From Opitutus sp. GAS368 (GTDB taxonomy: Bacteria > Verrucomicrobiota > Verrucomicrobiia > Opitutales > Opitutaceae), in the NCBI GenBank assembly GCA_945861645.1, contig CAMAVZ010000001.1, forward strand, positions 32,001 to 96,000: DNA of 64,000 bases, in the 5' to 3' direction. Both the position numbers and the translations under genes were made by a program. The notes beneath the pieces are model-generated. The model did no database searches. It saw only the letters and a program-made list of their open reading frames with translations, and was not told the origin of the DNA. Shown here piece after piece: positions 10,323 to 20,557 of this stretch (positions within the stretch are counted from its first letter, which is position 1; each line of letters begins with the position of its first letter).

Positions 10323-11333
10323 ATGCCCAAACGGTTCGACGACGCGGAGGAAAAGAAGCCCAAGGCGATCACTTCCTATACGATCAAGCTTGATGACGCC
10401 CGGATGAAAAAGCTGCAGGCGGCGTGCGCGGCCCAGCACTGGGAGACGGCGGAGGTGCCTTACGCGCGTTTCGCCTTCAAGGGGCCTAAGGTAAACGTCA
10501 CCGCCTACACCAGTGGCAAGGTGGTGGTCGCGGGTAAAGAGACGGAAGAATTTGTCCAAAATGTCATCGAAGCTGAGGTGACGGGGGCGCCGAAGCTCGG
10601 GTACGATGAGGTGCTCCATCCTGACTGGTTTGAGCCGCATGCTGGTCTGGATGAGAGCGGCAAGGGCGACTTATTCGGGCCCGTCGTGGCGGCGACGGTT
10701 ATCGCTGAAGGGGATGCCGTGCGCCGCTGGCTCGCGGCGGGCGTGCGGGATAGTAAGACGATTGTTGATGCGCAGATTTTAAAATTGGACGATCTGATCC
10801 GCGCTACCCCGGGCGTCGTAGTGGAGGTGCGTCATCTGGATATGGCCGAATATAACCGGACCATGTTACAACCCTTTGCTAGTCTTAATCGTTTGTTGGC
10901 GCAGCACCACGCTGATGCGCTGGATGCGGCGCTGCAGAAAAAATGGGTGCCGCGCGGGCTGCTCGATCAATTTTCCAAGGAGCCGCTGGTGCAGCGGGTG
11001 ATGAAGAAGAAAGGGCTGGCGCGATTTGATCTGCAAATGCGGACGAAGGCTGAAGAGGATCCCGTTGTGGCCGCTGCTTCCATTGTGGCCCGGGCGGAAT
11101 TCGTGCGGCTGATGCAGGCGCTCTCGCGCGAGTTCGGGGACAAGCTCCAGAAGGGGGCCGGCGCACCGGCCAAGGCGCAGGCTAGCTTGCTAATTGAAAA
11201 ATTAGGGGCTCGCTCGCTCGGGCATTTTGCTAAGTTGCATTTTCGGACCTGCTACGAAGTGGTCGCGGCGGCGGGCAAATTAGCCGAGTTGCCGCTGAAA
11301 GAACCCAAGGAAAAAACGGAGTGGAAGCGGTGA
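10323..11333 (+). CDS. rnhC: Ribonuclease HIII
   Basis: N-terminal TBP-like domain (VTAYTSGKVVVAG), GLDESGKGDLFGP, GVRDSK, DQF, VAAASIVAR, AKLHF. Confidence 0.93.
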   Translation: MPKRFDDAEEKKPKAITSYTIKLDDARMKKLQAACAAQHWETAEVPYARFAFKGPKVNVTAYTSGKVVVAGKETEEFVQNVIEAEVTGAPKLGYDEVLHPDWFEPHAGLDESGKGDLFGPVVAATVIAEGDAVRRWLAAGVRDSKTIVDAQILKLDDLIRATPGVVVEVRHLDMAEYNRTMLQPFASLNRLLAQHHADALDAALQKKWVPRGLLDQFSKEPLVQRVMKKKGLARFDLQMRTKAEEDPVVAAASIVARAEFVRLMQALSREFGDKLQKGAGAPAKAQASLLIEKLGARSLGHFAKLHFRTCYEVVAAAGKLAELPLKEPKEKTEWKR

Positions 11334-11391
11334 GCGGTTGGTTGGTTCAACTCCCGAGACAGCGCTAACTCGCTTTCTCTGCTCAAAGCCC

Positions 11392-12153
11392 ATGGCTACT
11401 AAGCGCCGTCAGCTGCGTGGATTCGATCTTAAGCAAATATTTAGCTTGGGCAGTCTCATTGGGGTCGATGAGGCCGGTCGTGGCGCGCTGGCGGGACCGG
11501 TGGTCGCGGCCGCGGTGCTGGTCACCCCTGAATTCCTCGAGGGTCGCTGGGCGGTGAGTAAATCCAGTCGGGTTAATGATTCGAAGCAACTCAGCGCGCT
11601 CGAGCGCACTGAGTTGTGGTTGGAATTTGAAGACTTGGTGCAGCAAGGGCAGATCCATGCTAATTACGGCAGCGCGAGCGTGGCCGAAATTGAGGCGGTC
11701 AATATTTTGGGGGCCACTAAGCTCGCCATGCGCCGGGCGCTTGAGGGGATTTACCCGGCGACAGCTTTTGAACGAAAAGTAGAGCCGGATCTTTTTGCCA
11801 GTGATGCGGAAAAAGAATCGTTCCAGCCCAGGGTCTCTTGTCGCATTCTGATCGACGGTTTGCCGCTGCGGAACTTTCCGTATCCGCACGAAGGCATTGT
11901 CAGCGGTGACGGGCGCTCACTCTGTATCGCGATGGCTTCAATTATTGCCAAGGTCACGCGCGATCGCTTAATGGATGAACTCGATCGTCACCATGCGGGC
12001 TATGGTTTCGCGCAGCACAAAGGCTATGGGACCGAAGAGCATCGGGCGGCGATCTTGAAGCTGGGGCGCAGTGCGGTGCATCGGGATAGTTTTTTGCGCA
12101 AACTCTATGCCCAGCCGCGTGATTTGGAGGGACAGATGATACTGTTTGATTGA
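11392..12153 (+). CDS. rnhB: Ribonuclease HII
   Basis: GVDEAGRGALAGPV, NDSKQL, LIDG, GD..S..IAMASIIAKVTRD, HKGYGT..H, HR.SF. Confidence 0.95.
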   Translation: MATKRRQLRGFDLKQIFSLGSLIGVDEAGRGALAGPVVAAAVLVTPEFLEGRWAVSKSSRVNDSKQLSALERTELWLEFEDLVQQGQIHANYGSASVAEIEAVNILGATKLAMRRALEGIYPATAFERKVEPDLFASDAEKESFQPRVSCRILIDGLPLRNFPYPHEGIVSGDGRSLCIAMASIIAKVTRDRLMDELDRHHAGYGFAQHKGYGTEEHRAAILKLGRSAVHRDSFLRKLYAQPRDLEGQMILFD

Positions 12154-12182
12154 ACGGCCGGAGCGCTTATGGCTTTTCTCTG

Positions 12183-13358
12183 ATGTCAGGCAAAAAACTC
12201 AGTTCACTGGATAAAGTGCTCGGTCGGCTTGATCGACTGGATGCGGCTGGTTTGCAGACGTTGGTGCAGCGCTTAGCCCGCGAGCGGACTATGCTCGATG
12301 CGGTGTTCAATATTTTGCAAGAGGGGGTGCTGGTGATCACCGCTGATGGGGAGATTGATTATGCCAATGATGCGGCGGCGCAGATGATCGGCTTTAAAGA
12401 TCAGAGCGGAGCGGCGGCCACGCTGTGGCGGTTGGTCCCAGGTTTACGGGCTTCCCTCGAAGGGGAAAGCGCTGGCGGGCAGACGCTGGGGCCGCCGTTA
12501 ATCACGCGGGAGTTCGAACTCACTTATCCCCAGGCCCGCGTGGTCCGGCTCTACATGGTGCCTTTTCATGAAGGCGAGCAAGGGGAGGCGCGGTTTGTTA
12601 TCATCTTGGCGGATATTACGCGGCAGAAAAAATCGACGCAGGAGCTCATTGAAAATGAACGAACTTCATCGGTCTTGCTGCTCGCGGCCGGGGTCGCCCA
12701 TGAGTTGGGCAATCCGCTGAATTCGCTGACGATTCATTTGCAGCTCATCGAGCGTAAGTTGAAAAAATTGCGCGATGCTAAAGAGGCGGCGGCCTTGACG
12801 GAGTCCATCCAGATTTGTCAGGGGGAGGTGACGCGCCTCGATGGCATTATTCAAAATTTCCTTGAAGCGATTCGCCCACGCCCGCCGGATTTGGCGGACG
12901 TTAATATTGTCGAAGTCATTGAAGACGTTCTGCGTTTTCAGGAAAAGGAATTTGCCGACCGAGAAATTAAAATCGAAGGTGAGTTACCGGAGAGTACGCC
13001 GCTGATCATGGCGGATCGCAATCAGTTGAAGCAGGTCTTTTTCAATTTATTAAAAAATGCCATGGAGGCCATGCAGCCCGGTGGCATGCTGGGCATTCGG
13101 GTCCGCGCGGATGACGATTCTGTTTTTGTCCGCGTCGCTGATGCGGGGGTGGGCATTAAGCCGGAGGATCTGGCGAAGCTCTTTTCACCCTATCACACCA
13201 CGAAAGTTGGTGGGCACGGTTTGGGTCTGATGATCGTCCAGCGCATTATGCGCGAGCATGGCGGGCAGGTTGGAATTGAAAGCAAAGAAGGCGTGGGCAC
13301 GGTGGTGACGCTGCAATTTCCCCAGAAGCACCGGCGCGTGCGAATGCTGAAAAGCTAA
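12183..13358 (+). CDS. PAS-domain sensor histidine kinase (NtrB/AtoS-like, cytoplasmic)
   Basis: PAS (EGVLVI..GEIDYANDAA), H-box AHELGNPL, N-box QVFFNLLKNA, DAGVGI, G2 GHGLGL. Confidence 0.92.
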   Translation: MSGKKLSSLDKVLGRLDRLDAAGLQTLVQRLARERTMLDAVFNILQEGVLVITADGEIDYANDAAAQMIGFKDQSGAAATLWRLVPGLRASLEGESAGGQTLGPPLITREFELTYPQARVVRLYMVPFHEGEQGEARFVIILADITRQKKSTQELIENERTSSVLLLAAGVAHELGNPLNSLTIHLQLIERKLKKLRDAKEAAALTESIQICQGEVTRLDGIIQNFLEAIRPRPPDLADVNIVEVIEDVLRFQEKEFADREIKIEGELPESTPLIMADRNQLKQVFFNLLKNAMEAMQPGGMLGIRVRADDDSVFVRVADAGVGIKPEDLAKLFSPYHTTKVGGHGLGLMIVQRIMREHGGQVGIESKEGVGTVVTLQFPQKHRRVRMLKS

Positions 13359-13419
13359 TGCGGCCAACGGGGGGTCGACTAAAAATAATTAGCCGCGACC
13401 TGCGTTGGGCGTTCCGCCC

Positions 13420-13656
13420 TTAATTCGCCGGGGGAGTCGTGCGGCGGTAGTAGAGATACAATTCTTCAACCTTCGCTCGTGCCCAGGGCGTCCGGCGGAG
13501 AAATTGCAGACTGGATTTGACGCTGGGGTCAAAATTGAAGCATCGAATGTCGATGCGCCGGCCGAGTTCCGCCCAGCCGTAGTGCGCCGATAACTCTTGG
13601 AGAATCATCTCAAGCGTGACGCCATGCAGGGGGTCGTGAGCGGAAGCGTTCGTCAT
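13420..13656 (-). CDS. VF530/DUF2132 family small DNA-binding protein
   Basis: DPLHGVTLE.IL..L...YGW..L...I.IRCF..DPSVKSSL.FLR.TPWAR.KVE.LY signature. Confidence 0.88.
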   Translation of the reverse strand: MTNASAHDPLHGVTLEMILQELSAHYGWAELGRRIDIRCFNFDPSVKSSLQFLRRTPWARAKVEELYLYYRRTTPPAN

Positions 13657-13668
13657 CGATCGGAGGGC

Positions 13669-14082
13669 TTAGGGTTCCAGCTCGTAGCCAAAGATCGCGA
13701 TTTCTTCCACGCGGGGCGGGAAGGGCACCAGCGAGAGCTTGCCCGCCACGACGGGATAAACGGGGGCCATTATTTTTCGATTTTCGGTCAGCGATCTCAG
13801 TTGGGCTTTGTAAATAAGGTCCTGGGAAAACTTGTTTTCCACTTTCAGATTGAGGAAGAGTTTTTTCTTCGTCGGATCAGTGGGATCCAGGGTGAGAATA
13901 ACTTGGGCTTCAGGATCTAGGGTCTGGGAAACTTGGGCTAATTTAATTTTTCCGCCCAGCTGAGTGAAGCGCACGTAGATGGTTTCGCCCGGGTGAATCA
14001 GGACGGTGTTGGCTTTCTCGGCTGCCGCGTAGGCGAGAGGCCAGAACAGCAAGCCGGCCAGTAGGCCTAAAAGTTTTCTCAT
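13669..14082 (-). CDS. Hypothetical exported protein (137 aa)
   Basis: Signal peptide MRKLLGLLAGLLFWPLAYA followed by a beta-rich body; upstream ORF extension is implausible. Confidence 0.7.
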   Translation of the reverse strand: MRKLLGLLAGLLFWPLAYAAAEKANTVLIHPGETIYVRFTQLGGKIKLAQVSQTLDPEAQVILTLDPTDPTKKKLFLNLKVENKFSQDLIYKAQLRSLTENRKIMAPVYPVVAGKLSLVPFPPRVEEIAIFGYELEP

Positions 14083-14263
14083 AATAAATATTGCGGCTAA
14101 TCTGCTCGGAACCTCGTCAACAGGGAATAAAAAAATGTGCGGCGGCGGATGCGGGGGGGCGTCGAGGGGGAGTGCGCGAGCTTGACGCCGTCGCCGCGGG
14201 GGTTTGCGTAGGTGGCAGTTTAAATAGCAACCGCTCGGGCCAGAGCCAATTGGAGCAAATAAT

Positions 14264-16462
14264 ATGGCCACACCTGATACCGTATTGCCGCCTCGCCTGA
14301 TTTGGGCGCGCCGTTGGTTTTTTGTCATTAGTTTTTCTTTTCAATGGGTAGTGGGGGGCGGCTCGGTCAATTATGCGGCCGAGGTGGCGACGGCCGCCGA
14401 GATCGCGTCGTTGCCACTGGCGGAAGTACGCGAGCGCATCGCTGCGCTGCGGGCGGAAGTGGCCCATCATGATGAGCTTTATTTTAAGCGCGCCGCGCCG
14501 GTCATCAGTGACGCCGCTTATGATCAGCTGAAGCGTGAGCTAACGGATTGGGAGGGCCGTTACCCTGCGCTGAGTACCGCGCCCAGCGATGGGTTGGGGG
14601 TCGATGATCGGACGGGGCTGCGGCCGGTTTATCGCCATCGTGAGCGGATGTTGAGCCTAGATAAAAGTTACTCGGAGCTAGAATTACGGTCCTTCGATGA
14701 GCGGATCAGGCGGCAGTTGGGGCGGCAAAATTTAACCTATGTAGTAGAGCCCAAGTACGATGGTTTAGCGCTTAGTGTGACTTACAAAAATGGCCGACTC
14801 GTTCGGGCGGTGACGCGCGGTGACGGCGAAGTGGGGGATGACGTCACGGCAAATGTGCTCGCCAGTACGACGCTGCCGAAAATGTTGCGCGGAGCGGGGC
14901 CGACGGGGAGTGCGCCCGGGATTCCGGCCGTGCTAGAAGTACGGGGAGAAATTTATCTAGAATTCGCGGAGTTTGCGCGAATTAATCAAGCGCGCCTCCG
15001 GGCCGGAGAGCCGTCCTTTAGTCATCCGCGTAATTTGGCGGCGGGGACGTTGCAGCAATCTGACCTGAGCACTGCAGCCGCACGGAAATTGACGGTAGTT
15101 TTTTATGGTTACGGGGGCTGCGAACCCCTCTCGCTCCGGCCTGTTGCGCAGCAAAATTGGCTGCAGCAGCTGCGTGCGTGGGGCTTGCCGACGGTTGAAA
15201 ATGCGCGGGTGGTGCAAGGCGCCGATGCGTTATGGTTGGCGGTACAAGCCATGGGGCGAGAGCGGAAAAATTATCCCTTTCCCACGGATGGAGTCGTGGT
15301 GAAGTTGGATGAAGGCCTCCTGCAAAAGCAAATGGGTGCAACCCATCAGGCCCCGCGGTGGGCGCTGGCTTATAAGTTTTCACCCGAGCGGGCCCAGACC
15401 AAGTTGCTGGCGATTGCCCTGCAAGTCGGACGCACCGGGGTGTTGGCGCCCGTGGGGGAGTTGCAGCCGGTGCCGCTCAGTGGGGCCACGGTGACCCGTG
15501 CTTCGCTCTATAATCGGGACGAGATTGCGCGGCGAGATATTCGGGTGGGTGATTACGTGTACGTCGAGAAGGCCGGAGAAATTATTCCGGCCATCAGCGG
15601 AGTAAATCGCAGTCGGCGCACGGCGGGAGTTCTCGCCTATGTTTTTCCCGTGAGCTGTCCGTCTTGCCAAAGCCGGTTACAGCAATCACCCGAGCAGGCC
15701 GCGGTGCGCTGTCTTAATCGACACTGTCCAGCGCAGGTGCGTCGCCGTCTCGAGCATTTTTCCTCAAGTGCTGGGGTCAATATTGCTGGTCTTGGGCCGG
15801 CGCTGATCGATCAATTAGTGAGTACGGGACGGGTTAAAACGACGGCGGATCTTTACCGCTTGCGGCGAGAAGATTTCCCCGCCGGCAATGGCAAAACCGC
15901 GGAGCGAGTACTCCGCGCCATCGCCCAAAGTAAGCAAGCGGAACTGTGGCGTTTTATCCATGGGCTCGGAATTCCCGGAGTGGGGGAAGTGGGCGCGCGA
16001 GCTTTGGCGCGGCAGAGCGGCGGACTCGTGGAATTAGCGCGAGCATTTCACAACGCGGAGACCGCGGCGGCGTGGGAAAAAAAAGTGGATTTAGGCGAAG
16101 CCAGCCTTCAAGCGGTTCAGGAATATTTCAGTGAACCCAGTCACCAGGCATTACTAGTCGACTTAGTGGCACTCGGCGTTCGGCCGAATAATTCACCGGA
16201 GGTAGGTGGGGCTGACCAGTTATTGCAGGGCAAGAGATTCGTTCTAACTGGGGCGCTGCAGCGGCTAACCCGAGCGCAGGCCACGGCGTTAATTATGGCG
16301 GCCGGCGGCGCCGTTGAGGCCAAGGTAAGTCGACGCACTGATTATCTGATCGTGGGAGAAGGTGGTGGCGCGAAGTTGCCTGAGGCGGCGGCTTTCGGGG
16401 TGACGATGATCGATGAAGCTAAGCTGCAGCAGCTGCTGCGACCGGGCGCGGCTTGGCAATAA
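14264..16462 (+). CDS. ligA: NAD-dependent DNA ligase
   Basis: Ia domain (HDELYF...ISDAAYD), KYDG adenylation motif, EVRGEIY, DGVVVK, AYKF, GRTG, KAGEIIP, CPSC..C....C zinc finger, HhH, BRCT (FVLTG). Start is uncertain. Confidence 0.95.
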   Translation: MATPDTVLPPRLIWARRWFFVISFSFQWVVGGGSVNYAAEVATAAEIASLPLAEVRERIAALRAEVAHHDELYFKRAAPVISDAAYDQLKRELTDWEGRYPALSTAPSDGLGVDDRTGLRPVYRHRERMLSLDKSYSELELRSFDERIRRQLGRQNLTYVVEPKYDGLALSVTYKNGRLVRAVTRGDGEVGDDVTANVLASTTLPKMLRGAGPTGSAPGIPAVLEVRGEIYLEFAEFARINQARLRAGEPSFSHPRNLAAGTLQQSDLSTAAARKLTVVFYGYGGCEPLSLRPVAQQNWLQQLRAWGLPTVENARVVQGADALWLAVQAMGRERKNYPFPTDGVVVKLDEGLLQKQMGATHQAPRWALAYKFSPERAQTKLLAIALQVGRTGVLAPVGELQPVPLSGATVTRASLYNRDEIARRDIRVGDYVYVEKAGEIIPAISGVNRSRRTAGVLAYVFPVSCPSCQSRLQQSPEQAAVRCLNRHCPAQVRRRLEHFSSSAGVNIAGLGPALIDQLVSTGRVKTTADLYRLRREDFPAGNGKTAERVLRAIAQSKQAELWRFIHGLGIPGVGEVGARALARQSGGLVELARAFHNAETAAAWEKKVDLGEASLQAVQEYFSEPSHQALLVDLVALGVRPNNSPEVGGADQLLQGKRFVLTGALQRLTRAQATALIMAAGGAVEAKVSRRTDYLIVGEGGGAKLPEAAAFGVTMIDEAKLQQLLRPGAAWQ

Positions 16463-16727
16463 TTCTCAGCTTTCAAGCACTAGAACTCATGGGGGCTAGT
16501 CGGACCTTGGGGTAATTTGGGCATTTAATTGATCATTCTTGCCTTGGTATTTTCTTCATGCCGCCCTGTCCCTTGCTCACGCTGGGTGTTCGTTAGTCTG
16601 TGGGGTAGGGAGTTTTTCATTCCAGCCGTTCATCACCCCGTCGCGACTGCCCCGCGTCGTTGCCACAAGGAAGCTAGTTGGTCTTTCATCTTTCGTTTCG
16701 GTTTATTCAGGTATTTCCTCTCCCCAT

Positions 16728-17507
16728 ATGGAAGTGATTTTCATGGGTACGGGCACATCGCAAGGGGTGCCGATGATTGCGTGTGATTGTGCGGTGTGTC
16801 GGTCGGTTGACCCGCGGGATCAGCGCACGCGGTCTAGTCTGCATGTCGTGATGGATGGGTTGCATATTCAAATTGATGCGGCGCCCGAGTTTCGGCTCCA
16901 GTGCTTGCGAGAAAAAATTCCCTGGGTGGATTTTTTTATTCTGACGCATGGTCATGCTGATCACCTCAACGGGATGGACGACTTGCGGCGCTTCTGTGAT
17001 TTACTCGGCGGGAACGCGTTGACGGTTTACACCACCGAAGAGGGGGCGAATCGCACGCAAGCGGTGTTTCCCTATGCGATCGCGGCCCGCCCAGTATCGG
17101 TGGGTTATGCCGCCTTTAAGCTGCAGATGATGCCAGCCGTGCTGGAGTTGCCCCAAGGGACGATCCGATCGACTCGGCTGCCGCATGGCGGGATCAATAC
17201 CTTGGGCTTAATTTTTGAGGAAAAATCGTCGGGAAAGAAATTTGTCTATTACAACGATTGCAAGGAGGTGCCGCCGGCGGCCGTGGCTTTGGCGCGTGGA
17301 GCGGATGTGGTCGTGCTCGATGGGTTACGCGTCGAGCCTCACCCTACCCATATGAATATTGCCGAAGCGTGTGCCGCGGCGGCAGAGATTGGGGCCCCGC
17401 TTAGTTATTTAACTCATCTCACGCACCGCATCGGCCACCTCGAGTGGAGCGCCCAACTGCCTCCGCGGGTCCACTTGGCGTATGACGGATTGCGACTGAG
17501 CCTCTAG
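16728..17507 (+). CDS. PhnP-like MBL-fold metallohydrolase
   Basis: GTGTSQGVP..CDCAVC, RTRSS, THGHADHLNG, HPTH, LTHLTH, AYDG. Confidence 0.9.
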   Translation: MEVIFMGTGTSQGVPMIACDCAVCRSVDPRDQRTRSSLHVVMDGLHIQIDAAPEFRLQCLREKIPWVDFFILTHGHADHLNGMDDLRRFCDLLGGNALTVYTTEEGANRTQAVFPYAIAARPVSVGYAAFKLQMMPAVLELPQGTIRSTRLPHGGINTLGLIFEEKSSGKKFVYYNDCKEVPPAAVALARGADVVVLDGLRVEPHPTHMNIAEACAAAAEIGAPLSYLTHLTHRIGHLEWSAQLPPRVHLAYDGLRLSL

Positions 17508-17533
17508 GCCAGGCTGGGGTAGTGCGGCGCCGT

Positions 17534-19324
17534 TTAAAAAGCCCAGACACGTGGAATCACATACATGGCGACGAGAAAGCAGATGAGGTTGAGTGGGACC
17601 CCAATTTTGATAAAGTCGCTGAAGCGATATCCGCCGATGCCATAAACATAGGTGTTGGTTTGGTAGCCAATGGGGGTCGCAAAAGCGGCGGAAGCAGCGA
17701 AGGTAATGGCGATGATAAAGGGTCGTGGATCAAGGCCCGCGGCTGCCGCAAGTCCTAGCGCGATGGGGGCCATGAGGGCGGCGATCGCGGTGTTGGAAAG
17801 CACTTCGGTGAGCAGCATCGTTACGAGGTAAAGGCAGGCCAGTAGGGCTAGTGGTTTATATGGACCTGCGACGACATGATCGGTGCCGGACACGATTATC
17901 TGGGCGAGCCAAGCGGCCGCGCCGGTGTGTTGCATGGCCGCACCAAGAGCGAGTAGGCCAAAAATAACAAAGAGCAGATTCCATTCGATCGCCGCATACG
18001 CTTCGCGAGTTTTCAGGCAGCCGCAGAGGCACATTAAAACGCAGCCAGTGATGGCGCCGATCTCGATGGGGATTAGGCCAAAAGTTTCGGCGAGAACTAC
18101 ACTGGCAATGGTAGCGATGACGAGGGGGATGCGTCGGTGGAGAGAGAAGGAAGGCAGTGGTGGCCGGTCAAAGAGGATCAGATCATCCCCTTGGCGTAGG
18201 CTATTGATGGCCTGCTCCGTGCCCATCATGAGGAGAATATCGCCGATCGCGAGGGGCAGGGAGGCAACATCATGGCGGACATTTTGTCCACCCCGATGGA
18301 TGGCAAGGACGACGACGCGGAAGCGTTGGCGAAAATTAAGTTCGCCGATACTGCGACCGATTAATTCTGAATTGGGCGCTACGGCTCCTTCAAAGATGAC
18401 GCCTTCGTGGGCGGTAATTTGTTCGAGTCCAGCCTCAGCGGTAAAATCAAAGCCTGGCATCGCACGGGCGCGGGCGATCCCTGAGGGCCGGCAGGATAAC
18501 ACCATGCGATCGCTGACGCAGAGTGGGGTGGTGTCAGGGTCCATCGTGATGGCGACTCCGTCGCGGACGACCTCAATGACTCGGAAGCCGCGGGTGCTGA
18601 TCAGACCAGCGGCTTTCAGGCTTTTACCGATGAGGGGAGACTTTAATGGGACAAAGGCTTCGGTGAGATATTCGCGACGTTCTTCTTCGGAGAGAATCGA
18701 GGTAAGCATTTCACGCGCGGGCAGGAGACGTTTGCCGGCTAGGGCGAGATAGAGCGCGCCGATGGCCGCGGCGGGGATGCCCACCCAGGCGAGTTCGAAC
18801 ATGCGCAGGCCGGGTTCACCCCGATCGAGCAGGATGCCGTTAACTACGAGATTAGTGCTGGTGCCGATGAGGGTGCAGGTGCCGCCGAGCACGGAGGCAT
18901 AGGACAGGGGGATCAGGAATTTTGAAGCCGGCAGGTTCATCTTACGGGCCAAGGCCAGCACCACGGGAACAAAAACGACGACTACCGGGGTGTTATTGAT
19001 CCAGGCAGAGATGAAGGCCACCGTGACCACCAAGAGAAAAATAACCAACGGGTAGGGCAGCGTGGCTGTTCGGCTAAACCAGCTGGTGAGGTAGTCGACC
19101 GCCCCGCATTTAACCAAAGCGGCGCTCAGCACGAACATCGCCGCCACCGTGATCGCAGCGGGATTCGCGAAAACCGCCATGGCCTTCTCCCGCGGCAGCA
19201 CACTAGAAAGCAATAGGGTGCTAAAGACACTCAGGGCGATGATGTCGGGGGGGTATTTTTCCCAGATAAAGGCCAGCAGCGTCAATAAAAGCAGGCCGAG
19301 AACAAAGGCGATTTCCCAAGTCAT
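17534..19324 (-). CDS. SLC13/DASS family permease with two TrkA-C (RCK_C) domains
   Basis: [25 protein letters not shown], two soluble TrkA-C repeats, [25 protein letters not shown]. Confidence 0.92.
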   Translation of the reverse strand: MTWEIAFVLGLLLLTLLAFIWEKYPPDIIALSVFSTLLLSSVLPREKAMAVFANPAAITVAAMFVLSAALVKCGAVDYLTSWFSRTATLPYPLVIFLLVVTVAFISAWINNTPVVVVFVPVVLALARKMNLPASKFLIPLSYASVLGGTCTLIGTSTNLVVNGILLDRGEPGLRMFELAWVGIPAAAIGALYLALAGKRLLPAREMLTSILSEEERREYLTEAFVPLKSPLIGKSLKAAGLISTRGFRVIEVVRDGVAITMDPDTTPLCVSDRMVLSCRPSGIARARAMPGFDFTAEAGLEQITAHEGVIFEGAVAPNSELIGRSIGELNFRQRFRVVVLAIHRGGQNVRHDVASLPLAIGDILLMMGTEQAINSLRQGDDLILFDRPPLPSFSLHRRIPLVIATIASVVLAETFGLIPIEIGAITGCVLMCLCGCLKTREAYAAIEWNLLFVIFGLLALGAAMQHTGAAAWLAQIIVSGTDHVVAGPYKPLALLACLYLVTMLLTEVLSNTAIAALMAPIALGLAAAAGLDPRPFIIAITFAASAAFATPIGYQTNTYVYGIGGYRFSDFIKIGVPLNLICFLVAMYVIPRVWAF

Positions 19325-19449
19325 GAACTAATCGTTTAAATGATTGCGCGAGGCCCGCCGAGGGTAAATTACCGCGGCCGACAGACTTTCGTAAGGCGCG
19401 CGGGAATCTGTTTTTTGCAATAACCCATAGATATATTCTCTGTTTACTT

Positions 19450-19499
19450 TTACTCTAACATAAGTAAAGTTATTATGATTAACCGATCTAGTTAGGTAA
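19450..19499. promoter_or_regulatory. AT-rich divergent promoter with imperfect palindromes (candidate repressor operator)
   Basis: TTACT-N8-AGTAA at 19450-19467 and TAACCGATCTAGTTAGGTAA at 19480-19499 (14/20 self-complementary), between SLC13 and cysK. Confidence 0.4.
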
Positions 19500-19525
19500 G
19501 CTATTATTTTCACCCTTCCTCGACG

Positions 19526-20509
19526 ATGGCCAAAATCTACCACGACATCACTGAAACGATCGGCAACACCCCGCTTGTGCGTCTTAATCGCACGGCCGCA
19601 GCCCACGGGGCCGCAGCGGATATCCTGCTTAAGCTAGAATTTTTTAATCCACTTTCCAGCGTTAAGGACCGCATCGGGTTCGCGATGATTGAGGATGCGC
19701 TGAAGTCAGGGAAAATTAACAAGGACACTGTCCTGATTGAACCGACCAGCGGCAACACCGGGATTGCGCTGGCCTTTGTCGCGGCCGCCAAGGGGCTCAA
19801 GCTCATCCTGACCATGCCGGAGACGATGAGTAGCGAGCGTCGCAAGCTGCTCAAAATCCTCGGCGCCCGGCTCATTCTCACGGAGGGGCCCAAGGGGATG
19901 AAGGGGGCTATTGCCAAAGCCGAAGAGTTGGCCGCAAAAATCCCTGGAGGAGTTATTTTGCAGCAATTTGCTAATCCTGCTAACCCAGCGGCGCACCGCC
20001 AGACGACCGCCGAGGAAATTTGGCGAGATACGGATGGCCAGGTTGACTTTGTCGTCTCGGGCATTGGCACCGGTGGTACCATTACGGGAATCGGTGAGGT
20101 GCTTAAGGGGCGCAAAGCGGGGGTAAAAATTGTGGCGGTGGAGCCGGATGCTTCCCCGGTGCTTTCCGGTGGCGCGCCGGGTCCACATAAATTGCAAGGC
20201 ATTGGCGCCGGCTTTGTGCCCGCGGTACTGAATACCAAAATTTACGATGAGATTATCCGCGTGAAGGAGGCTGATTCGGGTCCGGTGTCGAAGCAGGTTA
20301 ATCAGCTCGACGGCATCCCCATCGGCATTTCTTCGGGGGCGGCGGTCTGGGCCGCCATTCAGCTCGCCAAGCGGCCCGAAAATAAGGGCAAGCAAATCGT
20401 CGTGATTATTGCTTCGAGCAGCGAACGCTATTTATCCACTTGGCTGTTTGCTGATATCAGCGTCGAGAGTGACTCGATCGACGATCTGCTGGCGCCAGCG
20501 GGCAGCTGA
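19526..20509 (+). CDS. cysK: Cysteine synthase A
   Basis: IGNTPLV, PLP Lys in [43 protein letters not shown]. Confidence 0.97.
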   Translation: MAKIYHDITETIGNTPLVRLNRTAAAHGAAADILLKLEFFNPLSSVKDRIGFAMIEDALKSGKINKDTVLIEPTSGNTGIALAFVAAAKGLKLILTMPETMSSERRKLLKILGARLILTEGPKGMKGAIAKAEELAAKIPGGVILQQFANPANPAAHRQTTAEEIWRDTDGQVDFVVSGIGTGGTITGIGEVLKGRKAGVKIVAVEPDASPVLSGGAPGPHKLQGIGAGFVPAVLNTKIYDEIIRVKEADSGPVSKQVNQLDGIPIGISSGAAVWAAIQLAKRPENKGKQIVVIIASSSERYLSTWLFADISVESDSIDDLLAPAGS

Positions 20510-20557
20510 TCCGTCAGCGCTTAAAATTTAGTTCTACCCAACACGCGTGGCGAGCGG

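Noticed and set aside
16463-16727. 265-bp intergenic region considered for an ncRNA, riboswitch or small ORF
   Set aside because: No recognisable RNA family motif or strong hairpin; only short ORFs without support. The track's N-terminal extension of the MBL gene looks non-coding.
17883-18752. 289-aa plus-strand ORF
   Set aside because: Antisense to the SLC13 permease; Arg/Ser/Pro-rich composition typical of shadow frames
19537-20395. Two minus-strand ORFs of about 230 aa
   Set aside because: Both are antisense to cysK and carry no motifs
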